This document shows positions 39,105 through 53,100 of a stretch of DNA of 64,000 nt, one piece after another. The position numbers were made by a program, and so were the translations under genes. The stretch's first letter is position 1. Every line of letters starts with the position of its first letter. The notes beneath the pieces are model-generated. The model saw only the letters and a program-made list of their open reading frames with translations. It made no database searches and was not told the origin of the DNA. This DNA comes from Octopus vulgaris. Taxonomy: Eukaryota. The stretch lies in assembly GCA_951406725.2 (NCBI GenBank), contig OX597815.1, positions 209,188,001-209,252,000 on the forward strand, in the 5' to 3' direction.

Positions 39105-39354
39105 CATCATCATCATCATCATCATTTAGCGTCCGTTCTCCATGCTAGCATGGGTTGGACGGTTCAGCTGGGGTCTGTGAAGCTGGAAGGCTTCATCAGG
39201 CCCAGTCAGATCTGGCAGTGTTTCTACGGCTGGATGCCCTTCCTAACGCCAACCACTCCGTGAGTGTAGTGGGTGCTTTTTACGTGCCACCTGCACAGGT
39301 GCCAGACAGAGCTGGCAAACGGCCACGAACGGATGGTGCTTTTACGTGTCACCG

Positions 39355-39426
<72 letters not shown>

Positions 39427-39585
39427 GTTTCTTTCAGTTTCCGTCTACCAAATCCACTCACAAGGCTTTGGTCATCCCAAGGCTGTAGTAGAAGACACTT
39501 GCCCAAGGTGCCATGCAGTGGGACTGAATCTGAAACCATGTGGTTGGGAAGCAAGCTACTTACCACACAGCCATACCTGCACCTA
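38808..39585 (-). mobile_element. SINE family A split by an RTE 3' UTR (39105-39355) inserted in its (TA)n
   Basis: Order is tail, TA run, family C, TA run, head. Confidence 0.75.
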
Positions 39586-41016
39586 TACATGTATGTGTCT
39601 TAGTGCTGGTGTTTGTCCCTTGCCACTGCTTGACAACTGGTACTGGTGTGTTTATGTCCTCATATATTCTAGCGGTTCAGCAAAAGAGACCGATAAAATA
39701 AAAAATAAATACCAAGCTTTATAAAAAAATATTGCAGAACAACTCCTCTGAATCTTGTTTGATGAAGAAATCTCCAAAGCAATGCCCCAGCATGGCCTCA
39801 GTCTAATGACTGAAACAAGTAAAGGATAACCCATGACAAAAATTACATCACTAGAATATTTTCTATTTCTCTTGTATCACACAACTTTATGGGGACATAA
39901 ATACACCAACACAAGTCAAGTGGTAGAGGTGGGGACAAACAGACATATATACATATAATAATAATAATAATAATAATAATTATAATAATAATAATAATTA
40001 TTATAATAATAATAATAGTAGTTGTAGGGAATATAATTCCAAACTTACAGGGAAAAATTCAATTTAGCAATTCCAAATCAAATTTCACAATATATAATAT
40101 ATGTATATATCTAAATATATATGATGGGTTTCTTTCAGTTTCTGTCTACCAAATCCACTCACAAGGCTTTGCTTAGCCCAAGGCTATAGTAGAAGGCACT
40201 TGCCCAAGGTGACACTTGCCCAAGGTGACACTTGCCCAAGGTGCCACACGATGGGACTGAACATGAAACCATGAATAATACTGTAAGGTGAGTCAATTGG
40301 CAATGAACAGGTTCTGTATCTTCAAGTAGATGTACAGAAAGTTTTGATGTACAGAAAGTTTTGAGCCTGTTGCTATCACCTCACTGATTTGCATATCTGC
40401 AATCTTTTATCTTTTGCTTATTTTATTCACTAGACTGTAGCCATGCTGTGGCAGTGTCTAGAAGAATTCTAGTCAAGCAAATCCACTCCAGAACTTATTT
40501 TTTAAAGACTTGTACTTATTTTATTTGTCTCTGAATTACTGAGACATATACACATCAACACCAGTCGTCAAATTGTAATGTGAGAAAAACATCACAAACA
40601 CACACACACACATGTATATATGTATTTATACGACAAGCTTCTTTCAGTTTCTGTCAACCAAATCCAATCATAAGGCTTATTGGTTATAACAATATGGATT
40701 CCAGTCGATCTGATCAATGGAACGACCTGCTTGTGAAATTAACATGCAAGTGGCTGAGCATGCCACAGACGTACACACCCTTAATATAGTCCTCATGGAG
40801 ATTCAGCCTGACCCAATGTGACAAGGTTGACCCTTTGAAATACAGGTACAATTCATTTTTGTCAGCTGTGTTGACAGGAGCAATATGAAATAAAATGTCT
40901 TGCTCAAGGATACAACACACCACTAGGAATCGAATTCATGACCTAATCATCGTGAGATGATTACCCTAACCAGTAAGCTATGCCCCTTCATATCTCAGAA
41001 CTTATTTCTCAAAGTA

Positions 41017-41582
41017 TTGGTTTGTCCAGAAAGTTCATGCCGATTTATAGTAGCTTACCTTTCGACTTCTTTTAGAACATGGTTGAGTTCATAAAATAGG
41101 ATTTGACTACACCTCCATTTAGAGCACAGTTTAAGCTATCTTTTCGTGGAAGAAGGTTTATGTTCTTATAACCTGTGTTAATTCTGTAACCCTTTAAAAT
41201 GGAAGATAAGAAAGTTCATTTTTGGTACTTGATGCTTTGAGAACCAGACAAAAATTGCTGCAGCTTGGCTGGGATGTGCTACCCCACCCTCCATATTCAC
41301 CAGATATTGCTCCTTTGGATTTCCACTTATTCGGGTCTCTGCAGAATAGTCTTAATGAGAAAAATTTCAATTCCTTGGATGACGTAAAAAGATACCTTGA
41401 TGAATTCTTTGCCATGAAACCACCTCAGTTCTGGGAAGGGGGTATTTTCAAGTTAAAGGTAAGATGGAGATGCATTGTGCAACAAAATGGTTCAAATATG
41501 GTTGATTAAAAATTTAACGGCAAGTATTTATTGAGCTTTTTCTTTCCTTTAAAAACCGGCATGAACTTTCCGGACAACCCAA
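41017..41582 (+). mobile_element. Internally deleted mariner (DD34D), mellifera-like
   Basis: TA TSDs; ~30-bp TIRs ttggkttgtccrgaaagttcatgccg; N-terminus MEDKKVHF at 41199 fused to LGWDVLPHPPYSPDIAPLDFHLF...RWRCIVQQNG. Confidence 0.93.
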
Positions 41583-41588
41583 TATTAA

Positions 41589-42233
41589 CCATTTAGCATT
41601 CAGATTTCTCTGTCAAATCGTATTGCTTGTTTATTCACATTGATTTGAATTAATCATGCATTGCCTTATAATTTTGAGATTTCAATCTTGTGATTATTTA
41701 TTTTCAGAATAATATTGTAGGCGCAGGGGTGGCTGTGTGGTAAGTAGCTTGCTAACCAACCACATGGTTCCGGGTTCAGTCCCACTGCATGGCATCTTGG
41801 GCAAGTGTCTTCAGCTATAGCCCCGGGCCGACCAATGCCTTGTGAGTAGATTTGGTAGACAGAAACTGAAAGAAGCCTGTCGTATATATGTTTCTATATA
41901 TATATATGTATGAGTGTGTATGTGTTTGTGTGTCTGTGTTTGTCTCCCTAGCATTGGTTGACAACCGATGCTGATGTGTTTACGTCCCTGTCACTTAGCG
42001 TTCGCAAAAGATACTGATAAAATAAGTACTGGGCTTACAAAGAATAAGTCCCAGGGTCGATTTGCTCGACTAAAGGTGGTGCTCCAGCATGGCCGCAGTC
42101 AAATGACTGAAACAAGTAAAAGAGTAAAAGAGAGTAAAGAGTAGGGTAAACGTGAGAGGCCGGATCTGACCATTTTGAAGATAAAATAGGTAGATTATTT
42201 TGGGTGGATGTGGCCAGTTAAATGCTAAATAGT
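41589..42233. mobile_element. piggyBac-type MITE interrupted by SINE A (41720-42141, +)
   Basis: ttaa|ccatttagcatt ... aatgctaaatagt|ttaa. Confidence 0.65.
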
Positions 42234-42799
42234 TTAAACCTGTGAAATCCTGTCTCAGCCCATGTTAGTCTTGTGTAGACATGAAGCTAAAGACAATCAC
42301 CATGAATATCAAACATCAATCTTAAGGGTCTCAGGGGAGGAAAATAGATCAGCAAAGGTCATGAGCACCTTCCATTCTCCTTATTTAATCACACAACAAA
42401 CACAGAAACACAAAAATAAAGAACGACACATTCCAGTGTTTCTTACGATAGGAAAACTAGAAGGAAAGCTGCTGTTTGGTATACACAATTAAATCTTGTA
42501 GTTTCTGCTATGTTGGCTATTTTCGCATTCATTAATTATGTGTCTGACTTGCAGTAGGTCAGTAAAAGCGCTTTCTTATTGTATGCGTGGTTTCATGTTT
42601 GGGGAATAGCAGCAAATTGTGTGGTTATATTTAATTTAGTTAGAAGCTCTGGGGATGACCATGGTATTGAGGCTGGTCATTTATTATTTGTTTGGCCAGA
42701 CTGTTTCAGAGCAAGTTATCAAATTCACGGGAAAATTTATTTATTTCATTTTCATTAAAGAGCTGGTGACTTCCACAGAATCCAAAACTAATTTTAGAA

Positions 42800-43112
<313 letters not shown>

Positions 43113-43529
43113 TTGTCAAAGTTATGGTGATAGAACAAAGAATGTAACCGGCTGATCACGTCACGCAACACGCAAATCAGCAGCATGCAAAAAAAAAAAA
43201 GCAACATTGAAGTGGATACCAACATCAGAAAGGAGAAGATGAAGAAGACCACAGACTTGATGGCATTGAAACTTTCTGCAGAACATGAAAGGCTATCAAC
43301 GAATGCTGTAAAAACAGATCATGCAACCAATCAAGAACATTACGGTAGCACTGTCAGCCAATGTGTAGACATTCACAGGGTGGATTGACTGTCTACCTGG
43401 ACTGCTGATCCAAGCACATCAATTAATATTTCTAGTTTTGATTGCTCATTAATATTGATTTCAAAGACATGAAATGCTGCTAAGCATTTTACGAGGTGTA
43501 CTAATTCTGCCTTATATTGGGAGATATAT

Positions 43530-43905
43530 TAGTTTCAAATTTTGGCACAAGGCCAACAGTTTAAGGAGATGGGAGGTGGGGGGCTAATCGATTGCATTGA
43601 TCCCAGTCTTCAAAAGGATGCAAGGCAAAGTTGACCTCGGTGGAATTTGAACTCAGAATATAATGATGGACGAAATGCCGCTAATCATTTTGCCCAATTT
43701 GCTAACGATTCTGCTAATTTGCTGTGCTATATCGGGAGATATGTTGGTTTCAAATTTTGGAACAATGTCAGCAATTTCATGAGGAGGGAGCTAGTCAATT
43801 GCATCGACCCCAGTACACAACTGGTACTTATTTATTGACTGCGAAAGGATGAACAGTAAAGTCAATCTCAGTAGAATTTGATCTCAGAACATAAAGATGA
43901 CGGAA
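43530..43905 (-). mobile_element. Two diverged SINE family B copies
   Basis: aaaggatg..gcaaagttgacc..gaatttgaactcagaa occurs twice. Confidence 0.75.
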
Positions 43906-43946
43906 AGTCTACTTTATTAAAGTCGTTTGCTGCCTTAATAATAATG

Positions 43947-43976
<30 letters not shown>

Positions 43977-43978
<2 letters not shown>

Positions 43979-44800
43979 TCTTTGGGGTTTGAATAATTCA
44001 CCTCTGGAAACATGGGTGGTTTTTTCAACATCCTTAAACAACCCTTATTCAGGGACCGTTTGAGCAGGACGGGCTACTCAACCTGAAGAGATTTCTAACT
44101 GGGCCCCACCTGCAAGGTCATGTGCTGTTTATCTTGATATGAGATCACCATGTCGCGCACATATGGTTGTGATGCATGTGCCTGGTGTGCCCTTATCAGA
44201 CGGGTAGTCATGATGGGTATATTGGGCTTCGTATATTTTACCCCAGTGTCACTTTGATGGCATGAACGGCTCTCTCACTCAATAATAATAATAATATAAA
44301 GGAAATCGGAATACAGTGCCCAGTAGAACTGTTACAAAAGGTTTGGCTTCTTGATATGGTGATGGGAGCCTTCAACTAGGAGCATTGTTTTGTCTTGGTA
44401 TGAAAGATGGTCTACAGTAAATATTCTGCTCAATATACCCTGATGCAGTACCAGGCAATGGCTCTCATGGCTTTTGATCTTAACTGATTGGAAGCGTTAC
44501 CATGTATATTGTGTTGACTTGGTATAAAAGATGGGCTACAGCATATATTCTGCTCAATACCACAGATTTGCTTGCCAGTTGTTTGACCTTAACTAGTTAA
44601 GCATGTCCCTTAGTGGCTGACGATATGGGCATCTCTGATCATGAGCAGAAGTAGTTAGGGACCATCATAACCATGTGTTGAGAGGAATTCTTTGGGGTTT
44701 GAATAATTCACCTCTGGAAGCATAGGTGTTTTGTTCAACATCCTTAAAGAACCCATATTCAGGGACCTTTTGAGCAGGATGGGCTACTCAACCTGAAGAC
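43977..44800 (+). mobile_element. Family E 3' half (43977-44280) and 5' part (44437-44800), with a small Dong-like C-terminal piece between
   Basis: Homology to 10331-10882; EIGIQCPVELLQKVWLL at about 44300-44352. Confidence 0.8.
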
Positions 44801-46215
44801 TGGAGACTTGTGAAAACACACACACATGTGTGCATATATGTACATAAGAGTACAATAGGCTTTCATACACTTTCCATCAACAACACTTCACTCACAAAGC
44901 ATAGATCAACCCATAGCTATAGTAGAAGACAATTGATCAAAGTGCCATGCAGTGAGATTGAACCCACAAGCACATGGTTATGAAGTAAACTTCTTAACCA
45001 TTCATCCATGCTTGCACTTTGTGCCTTATATATTTTTCATTTCATCACATTTATAGATTTTATCAAAACCTTTTCTGCCACTAACTGTTAAAAACCCCTA
45101 CTGTTTTACACTTCATATTTAGAATGAGCCCCTTTCATACCCTTCAGGCAAATAAAGAATTATCATTATTATTATTAATAAGTTAGTGTGTGGCAGAACT
45201 GTTTTTCATCCTTATGAGCTCAATAATAGTAATACCTGTAATATACTGGGGTATCTGAATTGCCTATATCCTTTCTGTTATAAATTTCTGCCTCTGTGCA
45301 TATGTCATAAACCATTATTCAGACTAGCAGATCAATAAAAACAGGACCAAATCCTTAAAGTAAAAAAAAAGGTAACCTTCTCAAGTCATGTCAACTTATA
45401 AATAAGGGCTGGTTTCCCAGATTCTATGCCATATATGTTCCCCACCTGGATGGGACGATGGCCCATCACAGGATTAGTCATTTTTGTCAGCTTAGTGGAC
45501 TGGAGCAACATGAAATGAAGTGTTTTGCTCAAGAACACAATGCATCACCTGATCCAGGAATTGAAACCATAACCTTATGATCATGAGTCCAACACCCTAA
45601 CCACTAAGCCATTTGCATCCACAATCCTTACAGTATTTAGTCCTGATTTCAAAACGCGCCATGGTCACTTGTACTTTTGTACTTGAGGTGTATATATATA
45701 TTTATCCCCTGGATGAGATCCCAGTCTGTTGCAGGATTATTCACTTTTGCCAGCTGAGTGGACTGGGGTAACATGAAATGAAGTGTTTTACTCAAAAGCA
45801 CGATGCATTACACAGTTGAGGAAGTAAAACTGCAAAATGTGTGTATGTGTGTGTGTGTATGTGTTTGTATGTGTGTGTATGTTTGTGTCTATGCATGTAT
45901 AATATGCTTCTTCCAGTTTCTGTCTACCAAATCCACTCACAAGGCCATAATAATTTGCTCTAATCTAATCAGAAGAGCAGCTGCTTTGAGAGAGAGGATT
46001 AGTTAATTACATCAACTCTGTGAGGTGAAAGGTAAAATTCTGCAGGTTTTGATCTCAGGATATAAAGAGCCTAAGGAAATACCACAAGGCACTATATCCA
46101 ATGTTCTAATAATTTTACCAATCTATTGCTGCTTATGGATACCTGAAGTTAAAAGTAGTAACCCACTACCCTCATAAATCCTACCAGGAATAAGACCAAA
46201 TCTGAACCAAACCAA

Positions 46216-46269
<54 letters not shown>

Positions 46270-46271
<2 letters not shown>

Positions 46272-46620
46272 CAGCAGATGACAACATGTCTCTAAAAGAA
46301 ATGGAGAAACTTTCAAAATACAAAGACCTGGAAATAGAGGTAACCAGAATGTGGAATCTAAAAACAGAAACAATTCCTATCATAATAGGTGTAATTAGGC
46401 ATGATAAAAAAATATTCAGACAAAAACATAACAAAAACACCAGGACTTACAAACACGTATGACATACAGAAAATTGCACTACTAGGCACTGCACACATCC
46501 TATGCAGAACACTTTCCATACAATAACCATCAGAGCATCACAACAAAACAAAGCACATACCCAAGGCACACAGAGCTGCGCTCGGTAGTGAAGTGAAAGC
46601 ACGCTATAAAAAACATACTA

Positions 46621-46679
<59 letters not shown>

Positions 46680-47297
46680 AGGGTGTGTTTATGAATTAAC
46701 ATGAGTATTCGTTACAATCACAATATAGCGGCGAAAGAATTTGACAAGATCAGTAAATATAAAGACTTGCTAATAGAAATTGAAAAAAATGTGGCATCTC
46801 AAGGCGACTACAGTACCAGTGATTGTAGAATCTCTAGGAATGATAAAAAAAGGTACTGAAACCTATTTGAAAATTATTCCAGGCTTACCATCCCTACAGG
46901 AAGTGCAAAAAATCGTATTAACTGGAACGGCTCATGTACTGAGAAGAGCATTATCACTGTGAAAGCAACATCCATTCATGGATTTATTTATTTATTAATT
47001 TTTAAATACATATTTTATCTGTGAATTTGCACATGTAATCTGGGAATGCATTCAATGAGCTTCTCTGCCCTAGGTGTACGGAAAACACTTGGTGAGAAAC
47101 GGAAGAAAATTTGAAGAAAGAAGAAGAAATAATAATAATAATAATTATAATTTCAAAATACAAAGATCTGGAAATAGAGGTATTTCAAATGTGGAGACTA
47201 AAAACAGAAATGATTCCTATTTTAGTTGGCATATTAGGTATGATAAAAAAAAACAAAACATTCAGACAAATACATAACAAAAACATAAGGACTTATA
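46270..47297 (+). mobile_element. Three tandem R4/Dong-like 3' ends (46270-46623, 46680-47105, 47150-47297)
   Basis: Each encodes SKYKDL.IE...MW.LK...IP/VP; separated by (AAT)n; the middle copy is a distinct subfamily. Confidence 0.88.
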
Positions 47298-47407
47298 GTC
47301 CTTGAACCCAGACCCAAAATTTCTGTATTGGTACTGTATGTCTCTATATGTCTCTAGTTTCTATTTATATATGATAGCCTTGTCAGAATGGCAGCTTAGT
47401 AGTAATT

Positions 47408-47730
47408 ATCATCATCATCATCATCATCATTTAGCATCCGCTTTCCATGCTAGCATTGGTTGGACGTTTCAACTGGGGTCTGGTAAGCCATGGAGGCTGC
47501 ACCATGCTCCAGTCTGATCTGGCAGTGTTTCTACGACTGGATGCCCTTCCTAATGCCAACCACTCCGTGAGTGTAGTGGGTGCTTTTTACGTGCCACCCA
47601 CACAGGTGCCAGACGGAGCTAGAAAACGACCACGGACGGATGATGCTTTTTACGTGCTACCGGCACGGGGGCCAGGCGAGGCTGGCAATGGCCACGATCG
47701 GATGGTGCTTTTTACGTGCCACCGGCATAA
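47408..47730 (-). mobile_element. RTE 3' UTR (family C)
   Basis: Family motifs and (CAT)n tail. Confidence 0.82.
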
Positions 47731-47889
47731 ATAGACATACCCTCTATAAGAAACTGCAACCAAAAATTTCACGGACATCTTTTATTTTGACTGTTGCAAG
47801 GGCAAAGAAATGATCCACAGATCAGAATTTAATCAACATCTGTTTATACTTAATATAAAACTGAATTTCATATTTCATATGCATTATAT

Positions 47890-49180
47890 GTCTTGAACAT
47901 GTCTGTGCACCTCAAGCCATTGCTGAGGCAGCAGCATGCTGGTAGTTTGTAGGAACAGACACATTTGCAGGACAAAAGCTGAAGAACAGCATCTAGTGTA
48001 GTTAAGCTGTGCATCCAAGCAATGAGGAGTTCACTCTCCTCGTCTAGTGTCCAATCACAGTTGATGGGGCTCAGGACAAATGGTTGGGCTTGTAGACATC
48101 TTCTCCAGGTGGCTGCTTAGTAGTTTGCACGAAGAGCATGCATAAACAGACAGTCCTCACATGGAGGTAGTTGACTCAACTCAATTTCTCCACATCTGGT
48201 GAAAAAGAGCTAGTATCGAAATTTATTTACTTCAGTTGTTGAAGTGGGAGGCATGGACATTAGGCAAGTTATCATCTGTAGCTTTTGAAATAGTCCAGGA
48301 GATACATCCCAAGACTGCCCCAGTTCACTGAAGGCTTCTTGGAAGATCTTGTTGGATTTGAAAGCTGAACGATCTCTTGCCAAGATGTAGGTTCAATGAC
48401 AAGAAAATAACAGAGTTTCTCCAAGACAACTCTCTGAGAGACACAGGCCAAATCTGTAAATGGTTCAAGGTTCCAACCAGGTGGAAGATACACTAGAGAG
48501 AGACTTAAAAGCTAAGTGAGATGCCAAGAAAGATTGGAGTTTAAGACTGGTTATCCATTGCAACTCCACTATGCAGATGACTTATTGGGTGAAAGAGTGG
48601 AAATACAATATAAAAACATTTTCCAACTGCAGTTATGTTATTTCTCTGTTCGTTATTTCGTTGTCAGCTTTCTACGGCAAGCAAAGGCCCTGACTGTATC
48701 ACAGCCTGTGGAGGCATGCATGCCAATCAAAGCATCAGAGATGCCACCTGCCAGTGCATGACTCATTTTTGTAATGTCAAAGATGTATGTTCTGTTCTTT
48801 GTACCACACTTCTAATTCAAAGAGCATGAGATTTTGCTACGGAATCCCAGGCACAAAATCAGAACATCAGTATCCTCAGCTTCGTTTTGCCAAAGGTAAC
48901 AGCAAACTCCAGGTCACTTCCAAAAGAAGTAGCAAGACACTTGACCCTTTCTGAGGGATTTGTACACTCATTTTCCCAAGTCAGCAAGGAAGAGAGAAAT
49001 TTGGTAACAATGTCAGGAATGACATTTTGCTCAGTGCTTAGTGGCCATGTTTGACTGAGATTTTGTTTTTTTTTAATCTTCTGTCATAGCTGCACTGCTT
49101 CTTTGGCTAGAGAATCCTCAGACAGAATTGTCCTTGATTCTCGCAGCTCCAGATCCAGTCTGTGGTGTTTTTTGACAAGA
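47890..49180 (-). pseudogene. Decayed, internally deleted Academ-type transposase
   Basis: Hand translation gives EDTDVLILC, ALIGMHASTGCDTVRAF (XPG-like), LPPCEDCLFMHALRANY*AATW and the Cys-rich end LLSCKC...CCCLSNGLRCTDM. Confidence 0.8.
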
Positions 49181-49184
49181 TCAA

Positions 49185-49452
49185 CTTCCATGCCGGTGGC
49201 ATGTAAAAAGCACCAACTGATTGTTGCCGCTGCCAGGCTCCCCTGGCACCTGTGCCGGTGGCACGTAAAAATCACCCACTACACTCACAGAGTGGTAGGC
49301 GTTAGGAAGGGCATCCAGCTGTAGAAACACTGCCAGATCAGACTGGAGCCTGGTGCAGCCTCCTGGCTTCCCAGATCCCTGGTCGAACCATCCAACCTGT
49401 GCTAGCACGGGAAACGGACGTTAAACGATAATGACGATGACGATGATGATGA
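49185..49452 (+). mobile_element. RTE 3' UTR (family C)
   Basis: Family motifs and (GAT)n tail. Confidence 0.82.
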
Positions 49453-49927
49453 TCCATGTCTGAGTATACGAGGAGCTTTTTCTGGTCAATCGAATTTCTG
49501 CTAGATGTGTGAACGATGTCCTATGTGGTGTAGTCATCATGTGCAGAAGTACTTCAGTATGAGTACTGCTGAAATTTCATAAATCTGCAAAAAAAGAACA
49601 AAGCTACTGAGCTGAAAGGGCTATCACATTTTTTTACACTCATAGTGACCCTTTTAAACATTTTAATACCCCTTAGGTGTATTCACACTGGATGGTCCCA
49701 CTAGCTGATGTGGCTCATGGACTATTACAAGTTTATATAACATACAGAAAATAGCACACCTAAAACACTTTCAATACAGTAAAAATAAGAGCACCACAAC
49801 AAACCACAGCACATACCCAAGGCACACAGAGCTGCTCTCAGTAGTGCAGTGAAAACACCTGATGAAAATAAAACTACTGAATAATAATAATAAGTCAGCG
49901 TGTACAAATGCAAGGCAAAAGTCAAAC

Positions 49928-49973
<46 letters not shown>

Positions 49974-50004
49974 GATATTAATAATAATAATAATAATAAT
50001 ACTG

Positions 50005-50053
<49 letters not shown>

Positions 50054-50054
50054 T

Positions 50055-51005
50055 ACTGAAGAAGATGAAGAAACAATAAAAGCTATAAAACAAATGAAAT
50101 CCAAACTAAAAATAGAAGAGCAACGAACCATGATAAAACGATGGCAAGAAAAGCCCCTTCATGGTAAATACTGGACTAAACTAAACGCAAAAGAAATAGA
50201 CAAAGAAAAATCCCAGCAATGGTTGAGAAGCTCAGGACGCAAAGCAGAAACAGAGGGATTTTTAATTGCAGCACAAGACCAAAGCCTCCCCACCAGAAAT
50301 TACCAAAAACATGTAATGAAAAGAAATATTACAAGTAACTGCAGAATATGTGGAGATGGACAAGAAACAATAAATCATATTATCTCTAGCTGCCCAGTCC
50401 TGGCTAAGAAGGAATATATTCACAGACATGACAGAGTTGGAACTTACATACACAGGAAGCTATGCCAACATTATGGAATAACAACAGAAAAAAGATGGTA
50501 TAGGCACACACCAGAAAAGGTCACAGAAAACGAGAAAGCAACCATACTCTGGGATATGCCGATACACACAGATAGAGAAATTAAGGCCAACAGACCAGAT
50601 ATAGTTGTCAGAGATCATGAAGAAAAAAATGCTTTCTAATTGATGTATCAATACCGGCTGATGACAACGTGTCTCTAAAAGAAATGGAGAAACTCTCAAA
50701 ATACAAAGACCTGGAAATAGAGGTAACTAGAATGTGGAATCTGAAAACAGAAACAATTCCTATCATAGTAGGTGCATTAAGCATGATAAAAAAATATTCA
50801 GACAAATACATAACAAAAACACCAGGACTTACAAACACATATAACATACAGAAAATTGCACTACTAGGCACTGCACACATCCTACGCAGAACACTTTCCA
50901 TACAATAACCATCAGAGCATCACAACAAATCATAGCACATACCCAAGGCACACAGAGCTGCACTCGGTAGTGAAGTGAAAGCACGCTATAAAAATAAAAC
51001 TACAG
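50055..51005 (+). mobile_element. 5'-truncated R4/Dong-like retrotransposon, best-preserved copy (short 3' fragment also at about 49735-49880)
   Basis: CRICGDGQETINHIISSC zinc knuckle, RHD, RPDIVV..IDVSIP..KE..KYKDL RLE domain; (AAT)n flanks. Confidence 0.93.
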
Positions 51006-51019
51006 AATAATAATAATAA

Positions 51020-51218
51020 TATTGATTTCAAATTTTGGCCCAAAGCCAGCAATTTCAGGGGAGGGGATAAATCAAATACATCAACCTTAGTGTTCAACTG
51101 GTACTTATTTTACTGACTCTGAAAGGATGAAAAGCCAAGTCAGCTTTGGTGGGATTTGAACTCAGAAATGTAAAGACAGGCAAAATGCTGCTAAACGTTT
51201 CTGCCAGCTCACCACCTC
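51020..51218 (-). mobile_element. SINE family B
   Basis: Homology to family B. Confidence 0.78.
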
Positions 51219-51856
51219 AATGGCAGCAGTAATATTGGTATTTACTGCGTACCAATAATATTATATTATTTAATATTTTAGATTCACTTAATTTTTGTGA
51301 AAAAATTAACCCAGACACCCATAGAATGTTCAATTTCATTCATAATAAATTCATTAATAAATTAATGTGATATCGTAATTAAATGCAATTGTGTATTCGT
51401 CAATTGATTCAAATGTAATTTTGATTTGATAAAGCAATATTTGAAAAAAAAAAAACCAAAAACAATTCATAAATGTATGTGTGTGAGTCTTTGCATGTGA
51501 ACGTATGAGTTGTGTATTATGTGTATGGTTTAGCAAAGAAACGGAGATCACTGAGGGAGCAGTGCGTTCGTGTGTGTATGTGTGTGAGTGTGTGTGTGTG
51601 TGTGGTGGTGGGGACTTGTTTCCAAGTATTTTCTCTTATGTATTTGACATCTTTAACATTGTTGTATTACTACTACAAAACAATATTTTCTGTTCACGGA
51701 ATTCAATAAATCTTCTATTTGGTAAAAATCTGTCAATATGCTGCATTGTGTTTTAAACTTCAATATAAAATACATTTAATAACAAACAAACCATTTGGAC
51801 TTTATCATATAACCTTTTACTTTTTCACCTCACCTCACATGATGTAATACAAGTAT

Positions 51857-51899
<43 letters not shown>

Positions 51900-52294
51900 C
51901 CGAAGGAAATTTATTTTACGCAGAGTTCAGTCTATAGCTTTTAGGTGTTAGAAAGCAAATACTTAGTTTCTGGTATAAAAGAAGTCTTATAGTTGATGTT
52001 AAAGGATGCATTATAACAGCAGCTGTCTTGGAGGTGGTTAAAAAAAAAAAAAAACCCTACCAAGCTTACTTGGTAACTAAATGAAATAAATGAAATCTCG
52101 TGACAAGTACTAACGTCAATTCATGAGATACAAGTTGATACGGTTACAAAAAACTTGGTAATGTACGACCAAAGCTCATTCATCTCTGGAAAGATAACAC
52201 AAATAAAAGAACCATTGCTTCATACTAAGGAAGAAGATGTGGAAGCCGAAGCTGTGTGTTGTATTAATAGAATCCTGGAAGAACACCAGGCTTA

Positions 52295-53100
52295 TCTATA
52301 TATAGGAGTGGCTGTGTGGTAAGTAGCTTGCTAACCAACCACATGGTTCCGGGTTCAGTCCCACTGCGTGGCATCTTGGGCAAGTGTCTTCTGCTATAGC
52401 CCCGGGCCGACCAATGCCTTGGAGTGGATTTGGTAGACGGAAACTGAAAGAAGCCTGTTGTATATATATGTATATATATATATATATATAAGTGTGTGTA
52501 TATGTTTGTGTGTCTGTGTTAGTCCCCCTAGCATTGCTTGACAACCGATACCGGTGTGTTCATGTCCCTGTCACTTAGCGGTTCGGCAAAAGAGACCGAT
52601 AGAATAAGTACTGGGCTTACAAAGAATAAGTCCCGGGTCGATTTGCTCGACTAAAGGTGGTGCTCCAGCATGGCCTCAGTCAAATGACTGAAACAAGTAA
52701 AAGAGTAAAAGAGTAAAGAGTATATAAAGCTGAAGTTGTCTGTGTGTGGCAGGTTTGGTAGCCTTCAACTAACACTATCTCCTCCGAGACCCTGTGGCGC
52801 AAGTTGACCAAAGTTGAGAGTATGATAGAAGAAGGCTTGCTCTTCATTCCGTAGAAGATAAAATTCAAATCGGACCATGTTAACACCAAAAATTATTTAC
52901 ATCAAAAAGGTGCTTTTTATGAAAGTCCTTATTTTTTACGATTTTTTGACTGCTGTGTCTCCATTTTTCGGTGCATTTCAACCAGAAAAATGTTGACTTA
53001 ATGAGAATAACAAGCTACATAATGCAAAATTTTTACTTTTCAAAAATTCCAATTCTAAAGGGTCACAACAAACCTGAGCAATGCCGGACGATACTGCTAG
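52295..53100 (+). mobile_element. Non-autonomous Helitron interrupted by SINE A (52305-52720)
   Basis: A|TCTATATATA start; tatata on both sides of the SINE; 3' end aaacctgagcaatgccggacgatactgCTAG|T shared with the other Helitrons. Confidence 0.78.

Noticed and set aside
40197-40243. Triple 16-bp cacttgcccaaggtg repeat
   Set aside because: Simple slippage inside a SINE A copy.
43185-43388. 67-aa charged ORF
   Set aside because: No motif or splice support; cannot be distinguished from chance.
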